From positions 27,406,001 through 27,470,000 of the forward strand of contig NC_086108.1 of the NCBI RefSeq assembly GCF_963921235.1: a stretch of 64,000 nt of DNA. The letters run 5' to 3'. The notes under the pieces were generated by a model, which saw only the letters and a list, made by a program, of their open reading frames with translations, searched no databases and had not been told where the DNA came from. The position numbers were made by a program, and so were the translations under genes. The first letter of the stretch is position 1. Each line of letters starts with the position of its first letter. The DNA comes from Mobula hypostoma (lineage: Eukaryota). This document shows, piece after piece, positions 38,138 through 51,300 of the stretch.

Positions 38138-40408
38138 ACAACACATCCTGATGTCTTCCCCATCATTTTGGGGGATTGTAACTATTACCTCTAAATCACT
38201 TGCAGTACCAGAGGAACCAGCACGCTGGACCACTGTTACACTACCATCAAGAGAACTTACCATGCTATCCCACACCCACACTTTGGAAAGTCTGATCACC
38301 TGGCTGTACTTCTGCTCCCAGTGTGAAGGCAGACTGAGGACTGCAGCACCACTAGTGAGGACAAAGAAGTTATGGACAAGGGAGGTGCAGGAATTCTTAC
38401 AGGACTGTTTTGAATTGGTGGACAGGACTGTAATCTGGGATTCATCATTGAGTTTGAATGATGACACCACAGCTGTCACTGACTTTATTAAAACCTGTGT
38501 GGATGAGAGTGTGCCTACAAGAACATATTACACATACCCAAATCAAAAGCCATGGATGAACTAAGAAGTCTGTGGTCTCCTGATGGCCAGAGCTGAGCAT
38601 TCAAGTCCGGCGACCCAGGTCTGTACCGGAAATCCAGGTATGACTTGCAGTGGGCTATTTCAAGAACTAAGGAACAACTCTGAATGAGGTTGGAGGCGAA
38701 ATCGGATGCACATCGACTCTGGCAGGGTTCAAAGGCCATTACTTCTTACAAAGTGAAACCCAACATTATGAATGACAGTGATCGTTCACTCCAAGATGAG
38801 CTCAATGTCTTTTAATACCACTTTGAAAGGGGGAATAACACTACAGCTATGAGGATCCCTATAGCACCCGGTGACCTTGCGATCTCTGTCTTGGAAGCCA
38901 ATGTTAGAAGTCTTTCAAGAGTGTGAACCCTCTCAAGGCGACAGGCCCCAATGGAATATCTGGTAGGTCTCTGAAAACCTGTCCCAGACAACTGGTTTTT
39001 GCCTCATAGCTACAGTTGGAAGTTCCCACCTACTTCAAAAGGGCAACAATTATACCAGTGCCCAAGAAGAGCAGGGTAAGCTGCCTTACTATCATCCAGT
39101 AGTATTTACATCTATGGTGACAGTGCTTTGAGAAGTTGGTTATGGGTGGAATTAACCCCTATCTCAGCAAGGACCTGCAATTTGCCTATCGTCACAATAC
39201 GTCAAAGGTGGACACAATCTCATTGGCTCTTCATGCAACCTTGGATCACCTGGATCCAAATACCCACATCAGGATGCCATTCATTGACCACAACTCAGCA
39301 TTTACACATTTATTCCTATGGTTCTGATTGAAAAGCTCCAGAACCTGGGCCTCCGCACCTTCCTCTGAAACCAGATCCTTAACTTCCTAACTGGAAGATC
39401 ACAACTTGTGCGGATCAGAAATAGCATCTCCACCTCACTGACAGTCAACACTGGTGCACTACAGGGATGTGTTGTTAGCCCACTGCTCTACTCTTTCTAC
39501 ACCTACGACTGTGTGAATAAGTACCGCTCAAATGCCAGCTATAAATTTGCTGATGATACAACCCATTATTGGCCAAATCTCAGATGGTGGCTAGAGAGCA
39601 TAGAGGAGTGAGATGTATCAGCTAGTTGAGTGGTGTTGCAGTAAAAACCTTGCACTCAATGTCAGTAAGACCAAAGAACTGATTGTAGACTTCAGAAAGG
39701 GAAAGTCGAGGGAATACACATCAGTCCTCATAGAGGGATCAGAAGTGGAAAGAGTAGGCAATTTCATATTCCTGGGTATCAATATCTCTAAGCTGGACCT
39801 AAAATATCTATGCAGCTACAAAGAAGGCACAACAGTGGCTATATTCCATTAGGACATTCAGAAGATTTGATATGTTACCAAAAACACTTGAAAATTTCTA
39901 CAGATGTACTGTGGAGAGCATTCTAATTGGCTGCATCACCATCTGGTATGGGGGGGGTGAGTTATTGCACAAGATAGAAGCAAGCTGCAGAGAGTTGAAA
40001 ACTTAGTCAGCTCCATCATGAGCGTTAGTCTCTGTAATAGCCAGAACACCTTCAAGGAGCGATGCCTCAAAAAGGCCACGTCCATCATTAAGGATCCCTA
40101 CCACCCAGATCATGCCTTGTTCTCATCATTACCATCAGGAAGGAGGTACAGACATTTGAAGGCACATACACAACAATTCAAGAACAGCTTCTTCCCCTCT
40201 ACTATTTGATTTCTGAATTGACATTGAGCCCGTGAGCACTACCTCACTACTTTATTATTTTTATTTTTGCACTACATTTAACTACTTAATATCTATATAC
40301 TTACTGTAATTCACAGTTTTTTCTCTCTAATTATGTACTGGATTGCGCTGTTGCTGCAAAGTCAACAAATTTCACAACATATGCCAGTGATATTAAACCT
40401 GATTCTGA
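38138..40408 (+). mobile_element. Rex1/Babar LINE, longest copy (late endonuclease, RT, C-terminus), decayed
   Basis: YPNQKPWMN, DLQFAYR, TGALQGCVVSPLLY, KFADDTT, NVSKTKELIVDFR; tail AAACCTGATTCTGA. Confidence 0.9.
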
Positions 40409-42109
40409 CCTGGTAATGTGGGACTTCAGTCTTCTGTATCTCCTGCCCAATAAACTCTGCAAGGAGATGGCATGCCCGGATGGTAGGGGGCTTTGATGAC
40501 AAATGTTGCCTTCCTTGTCAGTGCTTCAAGTGAATTCTACTGAAAGTGCAGAGGAATGTGCCCTTGATGTATTGAGCTGAACCCATTATATTCTGTAGAT
40601 CCTTACATTCCTGGGCATTTCAATCGCCATACCAGACCGTGATGCAACTAATCAGCTTAGTTTCAACAGAACATGATCGAATTTCGTACTTAGTCATTAA
40701 TAAATAATTAAGCAATAAGTTATAAAGCAATATTACTACAGTCTTGTAATATTAGATATTAAACTGTTATAATATTTACATAATAAAATTATAATGAAAT
40801 AATCTGTTTTAATGAGATTGATTTAACAAAACTTCCCTGCTTTTCATCAGTGTCACCTGAAAGGACAGTCAAAGCCTTGAGTTCATGTCTATTGGAGGAA
40901 CGTTGCTTCTGACAGTGCCATATCTTTTCAGCATTGCAATATCAGTTATGCATTGACAGTGCTTTCCTGAGCTAACTCTAACACTAGTCTGACATGCTCT
41001 TTCCAAGGTTAGAGTTAAACCACAATATTGAAAGCAATAAAGGATGAGTTGTTAAGTTAATGCAACTTAATTAATCAGGGAAACCAATCACAGTAATAGG
41101 CAGCAAAAATGGAAACCTACTAAAAGTTAATCATGGTGAACAGGGAGTTGTTGATTATTACTGTTAAATCAGCGACCATAAATCTCCAGATTAAAATAAA
41201 TGGGCAATGTGATGATACTAAAGGTAGATTGTTTGTGATGTAAGGTCAAATGATTTGATTGCTTCAGATGGTTAATTAACATAAATTTATGACCTTTAAG
41301 CACTAAGTATCATCTTCAATTTAGTCACCAGCCATGGTGGAGCACAACTGTGTCAAGGTCCCACTTCCTTTACCATGATAAATGCTGTAATTACAGTGAA
41401 CATCTATCTTGTGAAAAGAAAATTACAGAAGACTTTGCACTTTGTAAGGGAGATTGTTCTGTACATTCCTAGAGGAGGCGAGGGAGAGCTGTGGTCATCA
41501 ACAAGCTGAACCTACTACAGAGTGCTAGTAGGTCCTGTCAGAGATAAAGGATATGAGTGAGTATTGTCATGGCAAGGATACATGACTCATCACTGTGAAT
41601 GAGATCTTAACTCAATTGCTGTAAGGATTCAAGTTGGCACAAGACTGGCTGTTGAATCACTTGACTATAATAGTGAGCGAGAGGCATGGTATTGCATAAA
41701 GATGAGACTGAATTTCAAGGAAAGATGGATAGGTGGGAACGTGAGAGTACTGATAAATTAGAGGCATAGATAGTCCACAGAATAAGTTGCTGTGAGGAGT
41801 GATGACCTACGGTGGAAGGTCCAGCAGGAAAGGAAGGGGTGGGAGAGAAGAGAGAGAAATAACAGGATGCTGGAAAATTTGATAGAGCTCTCACTTTGTC
41901 TGCTGTGTTTATGCTAATGAAGTACTTCTTCTGTTGATACCGTTCTCTCGTTTCTGACCTCCTTTAGTTATGTTTGCTTTATCTCAGAAGCAAACTTCTT
42001 CCTCCTGCTTATAGAAACCTTTTCCAATTCCACAAGGCCTCCTAGTCCCTACAATAAGCCTGGAAGTTACCTCTTGAAACCACCAAGTGTGCACTGATTA
42101 CCCATTACC

Positions 42110-42390
42110 CATTTACAGTCATCCTTCATTAATTCTACTTGTTACCTTCCCCATTCTCACATCAATTCCACCAGATTTTATTATTCATTTACATATTAGA
42201 GGCCGTTTACAGAGACCAATGAACATACCACCATGTGTACTTGGGGCATTAGGGGAAACCAAGAGCACTCAGAAGAAACCCACACACAGTGAGGAAGGAC
42301 AAACTCCACATAAGCAGTCCCTGAAGTCTTACTTGATTCCAGGTCTCCAATACTGTGAGGCAGTGGCTCTGCTTAGCATGTCACTGTGTC
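42110..42390 (-). mobile_element. HE1/V-SINE-like SINE, decayed
   Basis: GGAAACCAAGAGCACTCAGAAGAAACCCAC...CAAACTCCACA matches the reverse complement of the V-SINE body. Confidence 0.55.
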
Positions 42391-43554
42391 ACCTGGCTTC
42401 ACTGAAGAGGAGCAAAGCTCTTGTCTTTCTTCATTCTGTTCCTAAGCTTCTCTCTGTTTCATGTCCAATTCAATTACATCAACTTGCATGATAGGAATTC
42501 AATACTCCTGCTGCCGTGAACTGATGGAAAGGTCAAAATTATATATTAATAGACTGTCCTTTTTTGGAGACACCGACATGCACATTTCATGACTTTTTGT
42601 GTATTATCAGCAAATCTGTGCTTTCAATTCCAGATCTGTGTTCCTTCAGAGAATCCTAATGTAAGTGTTAACTAATACCACATGTCTGTGATGGTGCTGT
42701 AAGTAAGTTTTCATTGCACCTATGTATATGTGTAATTCTTCATGTGACAATAAACTCAACTTTGACCCTGATGTATCATTCATAAAGCCTCCTTGATTTT
42801 ATCTTACTTTTGGTTTCAGGCCAGCAGTGAAGTTAGCAGGGACAATCTTCTGATCGGACCAACAAAGATTGGAGTACAGGGAGCATTAGGAGGAAAAGAT
42901 AAACTAGAAATCTTCAACAGAAACAGAGAAAATTGGGAATACATAACAGCTCTGTTGACAACTAAGGAACAATTCCAGGTCTGAGTCACAGAAATTGATT
43001 TTCTGAAGCAAAACTGGAAAATACTGGAAACACTTGACTGTGAACTATTAGATTTGTTTCCCTTTCCACACATGTTGCCGGAGCTGTAGGATATTTCCAG
43101 CATTTTCTGTTTTTATTTCAGATTTTCAGTATCTGCAGTTTTTTTTTATTTTCTCACCTCTTTGGAACTGACCTGTCAACAAGCAGATTGCTGTGGATTG
43201 TACATTCCTTCCACCAACGCCCCTTTGAGTATTCAGCTTTACCTTCCAATCAGGGAGGGACGTAACATACCTATAGTACATGATCAACAGTCCTGGTGCA
43301 ACATGGTACAGGCTGGCTGCCACTCCTTTTCGTTCTTCCATCTGCCAGGTCCACCTCTACCTGGAGCAGATGTTCTGGAGGGAAATTGGTCCTCAAGAAC
43401 AGTACCAGTCTGAGCACTACCACCTTTCCCTGCCCAGGATCGTCTGGCTATAAATCCCACAGAGCTACTTCATGCATCCTGAGTTGTGTCATGCATCCTG
43501 ACTGAACTCACTGTCAAAGGTCAAGCTGCTTGAATGTGTGTGGGAATAAGTTAA

Positions 43555-43702
43555 AAGCTGCAGGTGTTGAGAATCTGAAATAAAATTAGGAAATGCTGGA
43601 AACACTCGGCAGGTCAGGCAGTATCTGCAGAAGTGTCTTCAGCTTGAAATATATTTCTTTTTCCACAGAACTGCAAGAACTGCTGAGTGTTTCTAGCTTT
43701 TT
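43555..43702. mobile_element. Older palindromic Penelope-terminus derivative
   Basis: AAATGCTGGAAACACTCGGCAG ... CTGCTGAGTGTTTCTAGCTTT form inverted arms. Confidence 0.55.
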
Positions 43703-45847
43703 TCGAATGCTTGTGAATGTTTTGAAGTAATTATTTAAACATCAACCAAATCTACTAAAAATCTATGTTCTAAAATTAATTTTATTACAAGTAGTTATGC
43801 TATAATTTGTATTTCTGTAATGCAAATTGATAATAACGCAATGATGGACCAGGGACACTATTTGCAGTGAATGGGCCACATTGGTTGTAGAATGCTCACA
43901 GTCAGGATAAAGAACTTAAATCTGTGCTTTGAAGGCAATTACAGCATGTTCTATTATACCTTGACTTTCTATGACACAAGGTTTTTAAGAACATGGCCAT
44001 TACACAATAGCAGATCTGTATTAATGAAATAAAAATTCGTTAAAATTGCAAAAGGATTATAAAAATGAAATTTCTCAAAAATTGTTTAAAATGTTAAATG
44101 CCTACAAGTTAATCCACCTCACTCGAAACAAATGATGCAAGGGACATGGCAAGAGTAGACAGTCGAAAAATTTTAATGGCAGCAGTGGTCTGAAAACTAG
44201 GAGGTTCAGTGTAAGGGGAGAAAAATGAAAGAGAGCCTAAAGAAAGATTTTCCATGTGAATTTGCAACACACAGCTGAGCGAGCAGTGGAGTCAAGTAAT
44301 CTCAAAGTGTATAAAAAATATCCTGAAAAACACTTTAATTGATAAGGCATAGACTGACTGCTGTTCAGAGGGATTGGTATACTGTAGATGTGTACTTAAT
44401 GGTCAACATAGACAGGATAGGCCTAAGGGGTTATTTCTGTTTTCTATGATCAATGGGAAAAAGGAGGATAGAGACTGGGGGATGTGGATGCAAGATGTTT
44501 GACAGCCCTTGGCTTCATGAAGACCTGATAGTGAATAGCTGCTCACAAATCTTTATAAATATTGCTCCTTAGGTTGCCTCAGGATATCCCAGAATGCTTT
44601 GAATCTGGAATGAAGAAAGGAGAGGAGACAAATATCACTTTGCAAGATCTTGTGAAATTTGTTGAATTTAAACTATTTGTCGAAAGTTAGGAAAAACTAT
44701 CTAGAATGCTATTCTTTGAAGTCCTGCTGTGACATCCTTGTCATGCACTGATGGGGCAGAATGGTTTCAGTTTAACTGCTCATTTAGCAATTATGTTTTG
44801 ACACTGTACAACATCATCTCAGCACTACACAGCAGTAATGGATCAGATTTTGTAGTGAGGTCTATAGACTGGGACTTGGAAAAACGATATCCTGATTAAT
44901 GGAGAGAACTACCACCAACTAAGTCTTGGCCAACAAGATCAACTCAGGGCTACAATGCTTAAATGATTTGCCCAACATAATTTTAAAAGAAAATCTAACA
45001 CCTTCTAGTGAGCAGACTGTGTTAACAATGGTTTGGCAATCTTCCAGGATTGCCCTGGTGATTCTAGAAATTAAATTTTAATGTCTTGGACTCTGCTAAG
45101 GGAGAAATCCCAAGAGAGTATTTCAAAAATGTGCTGTATGCTTTTAATTTTCTTCAAACATTCTCATTTGTTGGCTGAAAGAAGTATTGGAATTACAGAA
45201 CGAAGGCTGCTTGGCTACTGAATCCCTCCATAAATACAGTGATGGTGAACCTGGTGTTAATATTGCAATGCTTTGTTTGCCACTGAATGCAACAAAGGGT
45301 TATATGCATCTGTAGTCAGGAGTTATGATGATATTTTCTTCCACTTCTTTTTTAAAATGCTAATTATACATTTCGAATGCCATCAATCTGGTTTGGAATG
45401 ATTTCTTACATTCCATTACTATTGTACTTAAAGGTGTACTCTTTCTTGGTTGAGTTATTTATTCTCAGCTTTCTATTAACACATCTGTTTTGTTGCTAAT
45501 GACTGAATGCTCTTTACTTTTCCTAAAAGAAAATGAAAGCAATCACTTACTGAAAGAAGGGGGAGGTGAGGTGAGGAAGGGGTATTCTGTAATCTGACAG
45601 GACATTTCCAAAATCTTAAATTTTGGCAGGGACCCAGAAAAAGCTAGCATTCTCAGTTTGGGATATTCCTATTGAGCCATATCCTCTTTGGAAAGGAATT
45701 TTGAATTTTGACCACTTTATATGCGAAGAACTAATTCCCAATATCATCCTTGAATGGTGATAACACGACTTGTCAGGTTCTCTCCAGTTGTCAATGACTC
45801 ACCAACCTGAGGAAATGCCCTGTCTGTAATACTCAATCCATTTCCTT

Positions 45848-46102
45848 CATCATCATTGTGTGCTGTGTTGTATGATGTGAGTGATCACGGTCTTTTTGAA
45901 TGTGGTTGTTCTAGGCAGATTTATCTACAGAAGTAGGACTTGTAATATGACCAACAACCACAAGTTCTCATAGGTTCACATGACCCTGATCAGAGGGGAG
46001 GGGCAGAGGGTGCTACACTTTTCCCAAGGGTGACCTGCAGGCTAGTGAAGGGAAGGAGAGCCTTACACCTCCTTTGGTAGAGGTATCCCTACCTCACCAC
46101 TC
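45848..46102 (-). mobile_element. RTE-derived short element
   Basis: (TCA)n tail; GGGTGACCTGCAGGCTAG...CCTTACACCTCCTTTGGTAGAG resembles an RTE 5' region in antisense. Confidence 0.4.
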
Positions 46103-47024
46103 AGCAATTTCCTTAAATGGATTAAATATTGTGTCATTTCTTAATGCATGCATTACTAAATGACAATAAAAGCGGACTGCGTGTCTTCATAATCTAAAAT
46201 ACCTCACTTAAGTTATTGCATAATTGTCTATACTGAAAAGAAGAGTATGTGCAACGTCCTGGTCAGCAGATGGACAAGCTTGTGAGTTGCAGAAAACTCT
46301 GTCTACATCGGAAGAGCTTAATATTAATAAGTTTACATTCTCACATGGAGTCGGAGTGCAAGGTTCTTTTTCATACTAAAGCTGTCTCAGATTGAATATT
46401 CATAACAGCAACAAGAAAGAAAGTGGTCTTGGCCCTCATTTTAGTCAGGATCTACTGTAGATGCCCTGATAAAAATAGAAGGAGACCAGTAAGCCCATTG
46501 CTTCTAGGCCAGTTCTCAGAGCTATTCCAACAATCCCACTCCCGACTTATTTCTTTGCAACCTATTCTCTCTTACCTGCCCTAGTTATCTCATCAGTTAT
46601 CTATCAGCTAGGGGTAATGAACCCGGCAACCTGAATGTCTTTGGGACATGGGAGCAGACAAGAGCACTGGAAGAAAACTATGCTGATGTGCAAGCACTAT
46701 TCAGACAGCACCAGAGGTCAGAATCAAGCCTGAGTCACCAAACAGCGCAAACCCCACTGGAATTGATCCAGTACTTGGCAAGTCAAAGGATATTTAACCT
46801 TGCTTTTCAGTATGATTTAACTTTATGGGGAAGCTTAAGATGAGTAAATCAGAGAATTGTATTGTTCTAAAACTTATAGGAGAATAGGAGATCATTAAAC
46901 TCACAAGCTCAGTTGAAGTACAGCTATTTAAAGTAATCTTCCCTCGTGTATCCACAATTGTGGCATTTATGGTATATCTAGCACTCCAGTTTTAGATGTA
47001 ATATGGGTTTCTACCTCCAGCTGT

Positions 47025-47470
47025 AACAAGCAGCCTGTTGGAAGATCTCAGCAGGTCGGGCAGTATCGATGTGGCAAAAGGAATTGTCAACATTTCAGGT
47101 TTCGAACCTTTGCACTCTCCTCCCCTTGCCTTGTTCTGTCTGCTTCCCAGGTTTGTTTTTCTTCCTTTTAGTTTCTCTCTTTCTCTGCCTCCATCCATCT
47201 GACACTATCTCTCACTTCAACCTCCTCAATCCTCTCTCCCTTCACCTACATGGCACAACCTGCATGTCCTCTTGCACTCCTCCCCCATCAACCAATCAAT
47301 TTGATCACCTGTCTCACCAGTTCCCCTCTCCTCTTTACACTGGCCATCTCACCTCACCCGCTCAGTCCAGATGTCAACTATTCATTTTCCCTCCACAGAT
47401 CCCCATGAATTTGCTGACTTCCTCCAGTAAGTGGTCTGTTGCTCCAGATTTGAGCACCTGCAGTCTCTTT
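47025..47470. mobile_element. Penelope-derived non-autonomous element with inverted termini
   Basis: Inverted terminal sequence at 47030-47110, a pyrimidine-rich pLTR body, and a direct terminus ending CACCTGCAG. Confidence 0.5.
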
Positions 47471-47489
47471 GGTCTCCATTCTATCTCCA

Positions 47490-48070
47490 CCATCTAAACT
47501 AATCCCAAATGCCTGTCTTTGGCCCATATCTCCCAAAATCATTCCTATGATGTACGTGTCCAAGAATATTTAAATGATTCAGCCTTGAATACTTCCTGTG
47601 GAAGTTCATTCCATATGTCATCCACCTTCTGTGTTAAATATCTGCCAATCTGGTTCCTATTAAATCTCTCACCTCTCACATTAAACCTGTGCTTTCTAGT
47701 TCTTTATTTCCCAATGCATGAAAAAAGACTTTATACACCTCCATAAGATAACCTCTCTTTCTCCTATGCTCCAATGAATAAAGTCCCAGCCTACTCAACA
47801 TCTCCGTAACTCAGTCCTTCATGTCACAGCAAGATCATCTTAAACATTTTCTGAACTCTTTCTAGCTTAACAGCATCTTAGCTATAGCAGGGTGATGAAA
47901 ACTAACATTATATTCCAGCTGCTTTTTAGTATGCTGGCCTTTGTATGAAAGCCAGTGAGCATTATACTATTCCAACGTCTATGCTCAGTGTCCTGACTGA
48001 CCAAGGCTAGCATACCAAAAGTCACTTTTAGCACCATGTCTACCTGCGATGCCACTTTCAGGAAGCTCAA
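47490..48070 (-). mobile_element. Old CR1 3' fragment
   Basis: Minus strand LKVASQVDMVLKVTFGMLALVSQ, a decayed CR1 motif. Confidence 0.6.
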
Positions 48071-48339
48071 GATAATTGTGTATGGCAAAAGTTCTGAATC
48101 TCCTGAAAGAGCTTTGCTAACAATTTCTTGACTGTTTATGGTGTCCTGCAGTCGAGTGTCAGGCTCCCAAGTGGATCTGACCGTTGAACCTGTGCCAGCT
48201 CAGAACTGTTCACTTCATAGTAAGGAAGAGCTGTAAGGAAGAGAGAGAAGTTTTGGATTATTTACTGAATTATTGAATTGTTATGTTAATAGAGTTATGG
48301 AGTCTCATTGCATGGGAGCAGGCCTATTAATTCCCTAGA

Positions 48340-49940
48340 AGGGACCCATCCACCACTACTCTCCTCCGGCTATCAGAACTTGTCCTCAATCTAAATAATT
48401 GGTTTTTTGGCTCCTCTCACTTTGTTCAGACAAAAGGTGTAGCTATGGGCACTAGTATGGGTCCCAGCCGTGCTATTTGTCGGCTACATGGAACAGTCTA
48501 TGTTCCAAGTCTACACTGGTGACCATCCCACACTTTTCTTATGCTACATTGACGACTGCATTGGTGCTTCCTGCACCAGTGCTGAACTCATTGACTTCAT
48601 CCACATTGCCTCCAACTTCCAGCCTGCCCTCAACTTTACCTGGTCCATTTATGACACTTCCCTCCCCTTTCTCAATCTCACTGTCCCTATCTCCAGAGAC
48701 AGCTTATCCACTGATGTCTATTATAAACCAACGGACACTCAAATCTACCTTGACTATACCTCTTCCCATGCTGCAACTTGTAAAAATGCCATGCCCTTCT
48801 CTCAATTCCTCCGTCTCCACTGCATCTGCTCTCAGGATGAGGCTTTTCATTCTAGAACAAAGGAGATGTCCTCCTTTTTCAAAGAAAGGGACTTCCATTC
48901 ATCCACCATCAACACTGCCCTCAACCACATCTCTTCCATTTCACGCATGTCTACTCTTACCCCATCCTCCCTCCACCCTACCAGCGATAGGGCTCCTCTT
49001 CTCCTCACCTACCACCCCACCAGCCTCTGCGTCCAGCACATAATTCCCCAAAACTTCTGCCGTCTCCAACAGGATCCCTCCACCAAGCACACATTTCCCT
49101 CCCCCCCCCCACTTTCTGCTTTCTGCAGGGATTTCTCCCTACGCAACTCCCTTGTCCATTCACCCCTCCCCACCGACCTCACTCCTGGTACTTATCATTG
49201 CAAGTGGAACAAGTGCTACACCTGCCCCTACGCCACCTCCCTCACTAACCTTCAGGACTCTAAACAGTCCTTCCAGGTGAGGCAAGACTTCTCTGTGAGC
49301 CTGTTGGGGTCATATACTGTGTCCAATGCTCCCAGTGTGGCCTCCTGTATGTCGGTGAGACACAATGAAGATTGGGAGACTGCTTCACCAAGCATTTACT
49401 GTCTGAAAGAAATGAAATCTTCCAATGGCCACACATTTTAATTCCACTTCCCATTCCCATTCTGATATGTCCATCCCTGGCCTCCTCCACTGTCATGATG
49501 AGGCCACACTTAGGTTGGAGGAACAACCCTTATGTTCTGTTTGGGTAGCCGCCAACCTGATGGTATGAACATTGATTTCTTGAACTTCCAGTAATGCCTC
49601 CCCCACACTCTGCTTCATCATTTCTCATACCCTTTTCACTCTCTCACCTTATCTTCTTGCTCGCCCATCGCCTCCCACTGATGCTCCTCCCCACTTCTCT
49701 TTCTTCCATGTCCTCTGTCTCTTTTACCAATTTACTTCCTAGATCTTTACTTCACCCCTCCCTCTTCAGGTTTCACCCATCACCTTCTCGTACTCTCTCC
49801 CCTAGCGCCACCTTTTAAAACTACTCCTCAGCACTTTTTCTCCAGTCCTACCCAAGGGTTTTGGCCTAAAACATCGACTGTACTCTTTTCCTAGATGCTG
49901 CCTGGCCTGTTGAGTTCCTCCAGCATTTTGTGTGTGTTGC
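48340..49940 (+). mobile_element. Penelope-like element: RT, GIY-YIG endonuclease and pLTR; 5'-truncated
   Basis: ORF 48470-49441 (YIDDCIG, VYYKPTD, CYTC zinc motif); GIY-YIG region in a shifted frame at ~49310-49362; same terminus as 29345. Confidence 0.9.
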
Positions 49941-50754
49941 TATCAAGTCCCTGCTGGCAACTAACCACCCATGCACATTACTGATTACATTTTGTTCCTT
50001 TCACATTCCCACTTAAAATTAATTTAAGTATTTTTTAGTGTTCTCCACTGTTTTATCTGTTTTATAAAATTATGACTAGTGCTTAATATCTTTTGGTTTT
50101 TAAATGATCAAAGCATCCACACTGGTTGTAAAGCTTGACTAATGGTTAAACTTGGGGTTTAGCTTTGCCATTTGTTAAAGCACTTCCAGGGCTGGCTCCT
50201 ATTCATGCTGTAAAGGAATAGAACTGGCAGGTCTTAGTAACCATGTTGGATCCAAACTCATTAAGGAAGTTATTGATGGAAGATATGCTCCAGGAAATGT
50301 GAGTCCTGCAGACAGGGGAGCACAGTTGGGAAGCAACTGCCAGGAAACTTTGAGACTGGGGTTTTCTGGTTACTTTGCACTCCTACAAAACCTTCCTCTG
50401 ATTTTTCATAAGAACATAAGAAAACAGGAGCAGGAGTAGGCCGATTGGATCCTCAAGTTTGTCCTACAATACAATATAATCAATATGCTGGCCTCGACTC
50501 ATCTTGTCTTCAAGTTCTCCACAATTTTTGATCCCTAGACCTTTCAAAAATTTATTTGCTTCCACTGTAAGTGCTGATAATGAGCTGGTCAGAGATCATT
50601 GGAAACAGGCCCCTCATACCAACTGGTCCAAGCTGACGAAGACCCACATCTAATCTCCTCCCATTTGCATATGTTTGGCTCCTATATCCCTCTAAAGTTC
50701 TCCTGTAAGATGGAATTTCTAACTTTTTAGAACCTTAGCTCTCACACTCCTGTT

Positions 50755-51300
50755 CAGAATCAGAATCAGAACCAGGTTTAATATCAATGGCAAATGTCAT
50801 GAAATGTGTTCTTTTGCGGCAGCTGTAAGTATATATATATATTTTTTTTCTTATTGTAATTTGTAGTTTTTAAAATTTAGTTTAATTATATACAAAATTA
50901 AATTATATAAGTAGTGCAAAAAGTGAGCAAAAAAGCAAAAATATAGTGGGTAGTGTACATGGGTTCATTGTCCATTCAGAAATCTGATGGTGAAGAGGAA
51001 GAAGCTGTTCCCAAAATGTTGAGTGTGCATCTTCAGGCTCCTGTACCACCACCTTGATGGTAGCAATGAGAAAAAGGCTATACCCTGGGTGATGGGGGTC
51101 CTTAATGATGGATGCCGTCTTTTTGAGGTATCACCTTTTGAAGATGTCCACAATGTTGGGGAGTCTAGTGCCCATGATGGAACTGACTGAGTTAAAATTT
51201 TTCCAATCCTGTGCAGTGGTCCCTCCATAACAGGTGGTGATGTAACCTGTTAGAATGATCTCCACAGTACATCTGTGGAAATTTACTGGATCCTTTGGAA
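50755..51300 (-). mobile_element. Rex1/Babar LINE 3' end (antisense)
   Basis: (CAGAAT)n tail; ORF 50965-51228(-) contains YRSLKMHTQHFGNSFF. Confidence 0.75.

Noticed and set aside
37295..38479. 394-aa minus-strand ORF as a novel gene
   Set aside because: Chance in-frame fusion of antisense Rex1 sequence to a truncated CR1 RT; the junction is at 38137.
39613..40209. ALKBH8-like N-terminal (DUF1891) coding region
   Set aside because: This motif is the standard C-terminus of Rex1/Babar ORFs and recurs in many decayed copies here; not a host gene.
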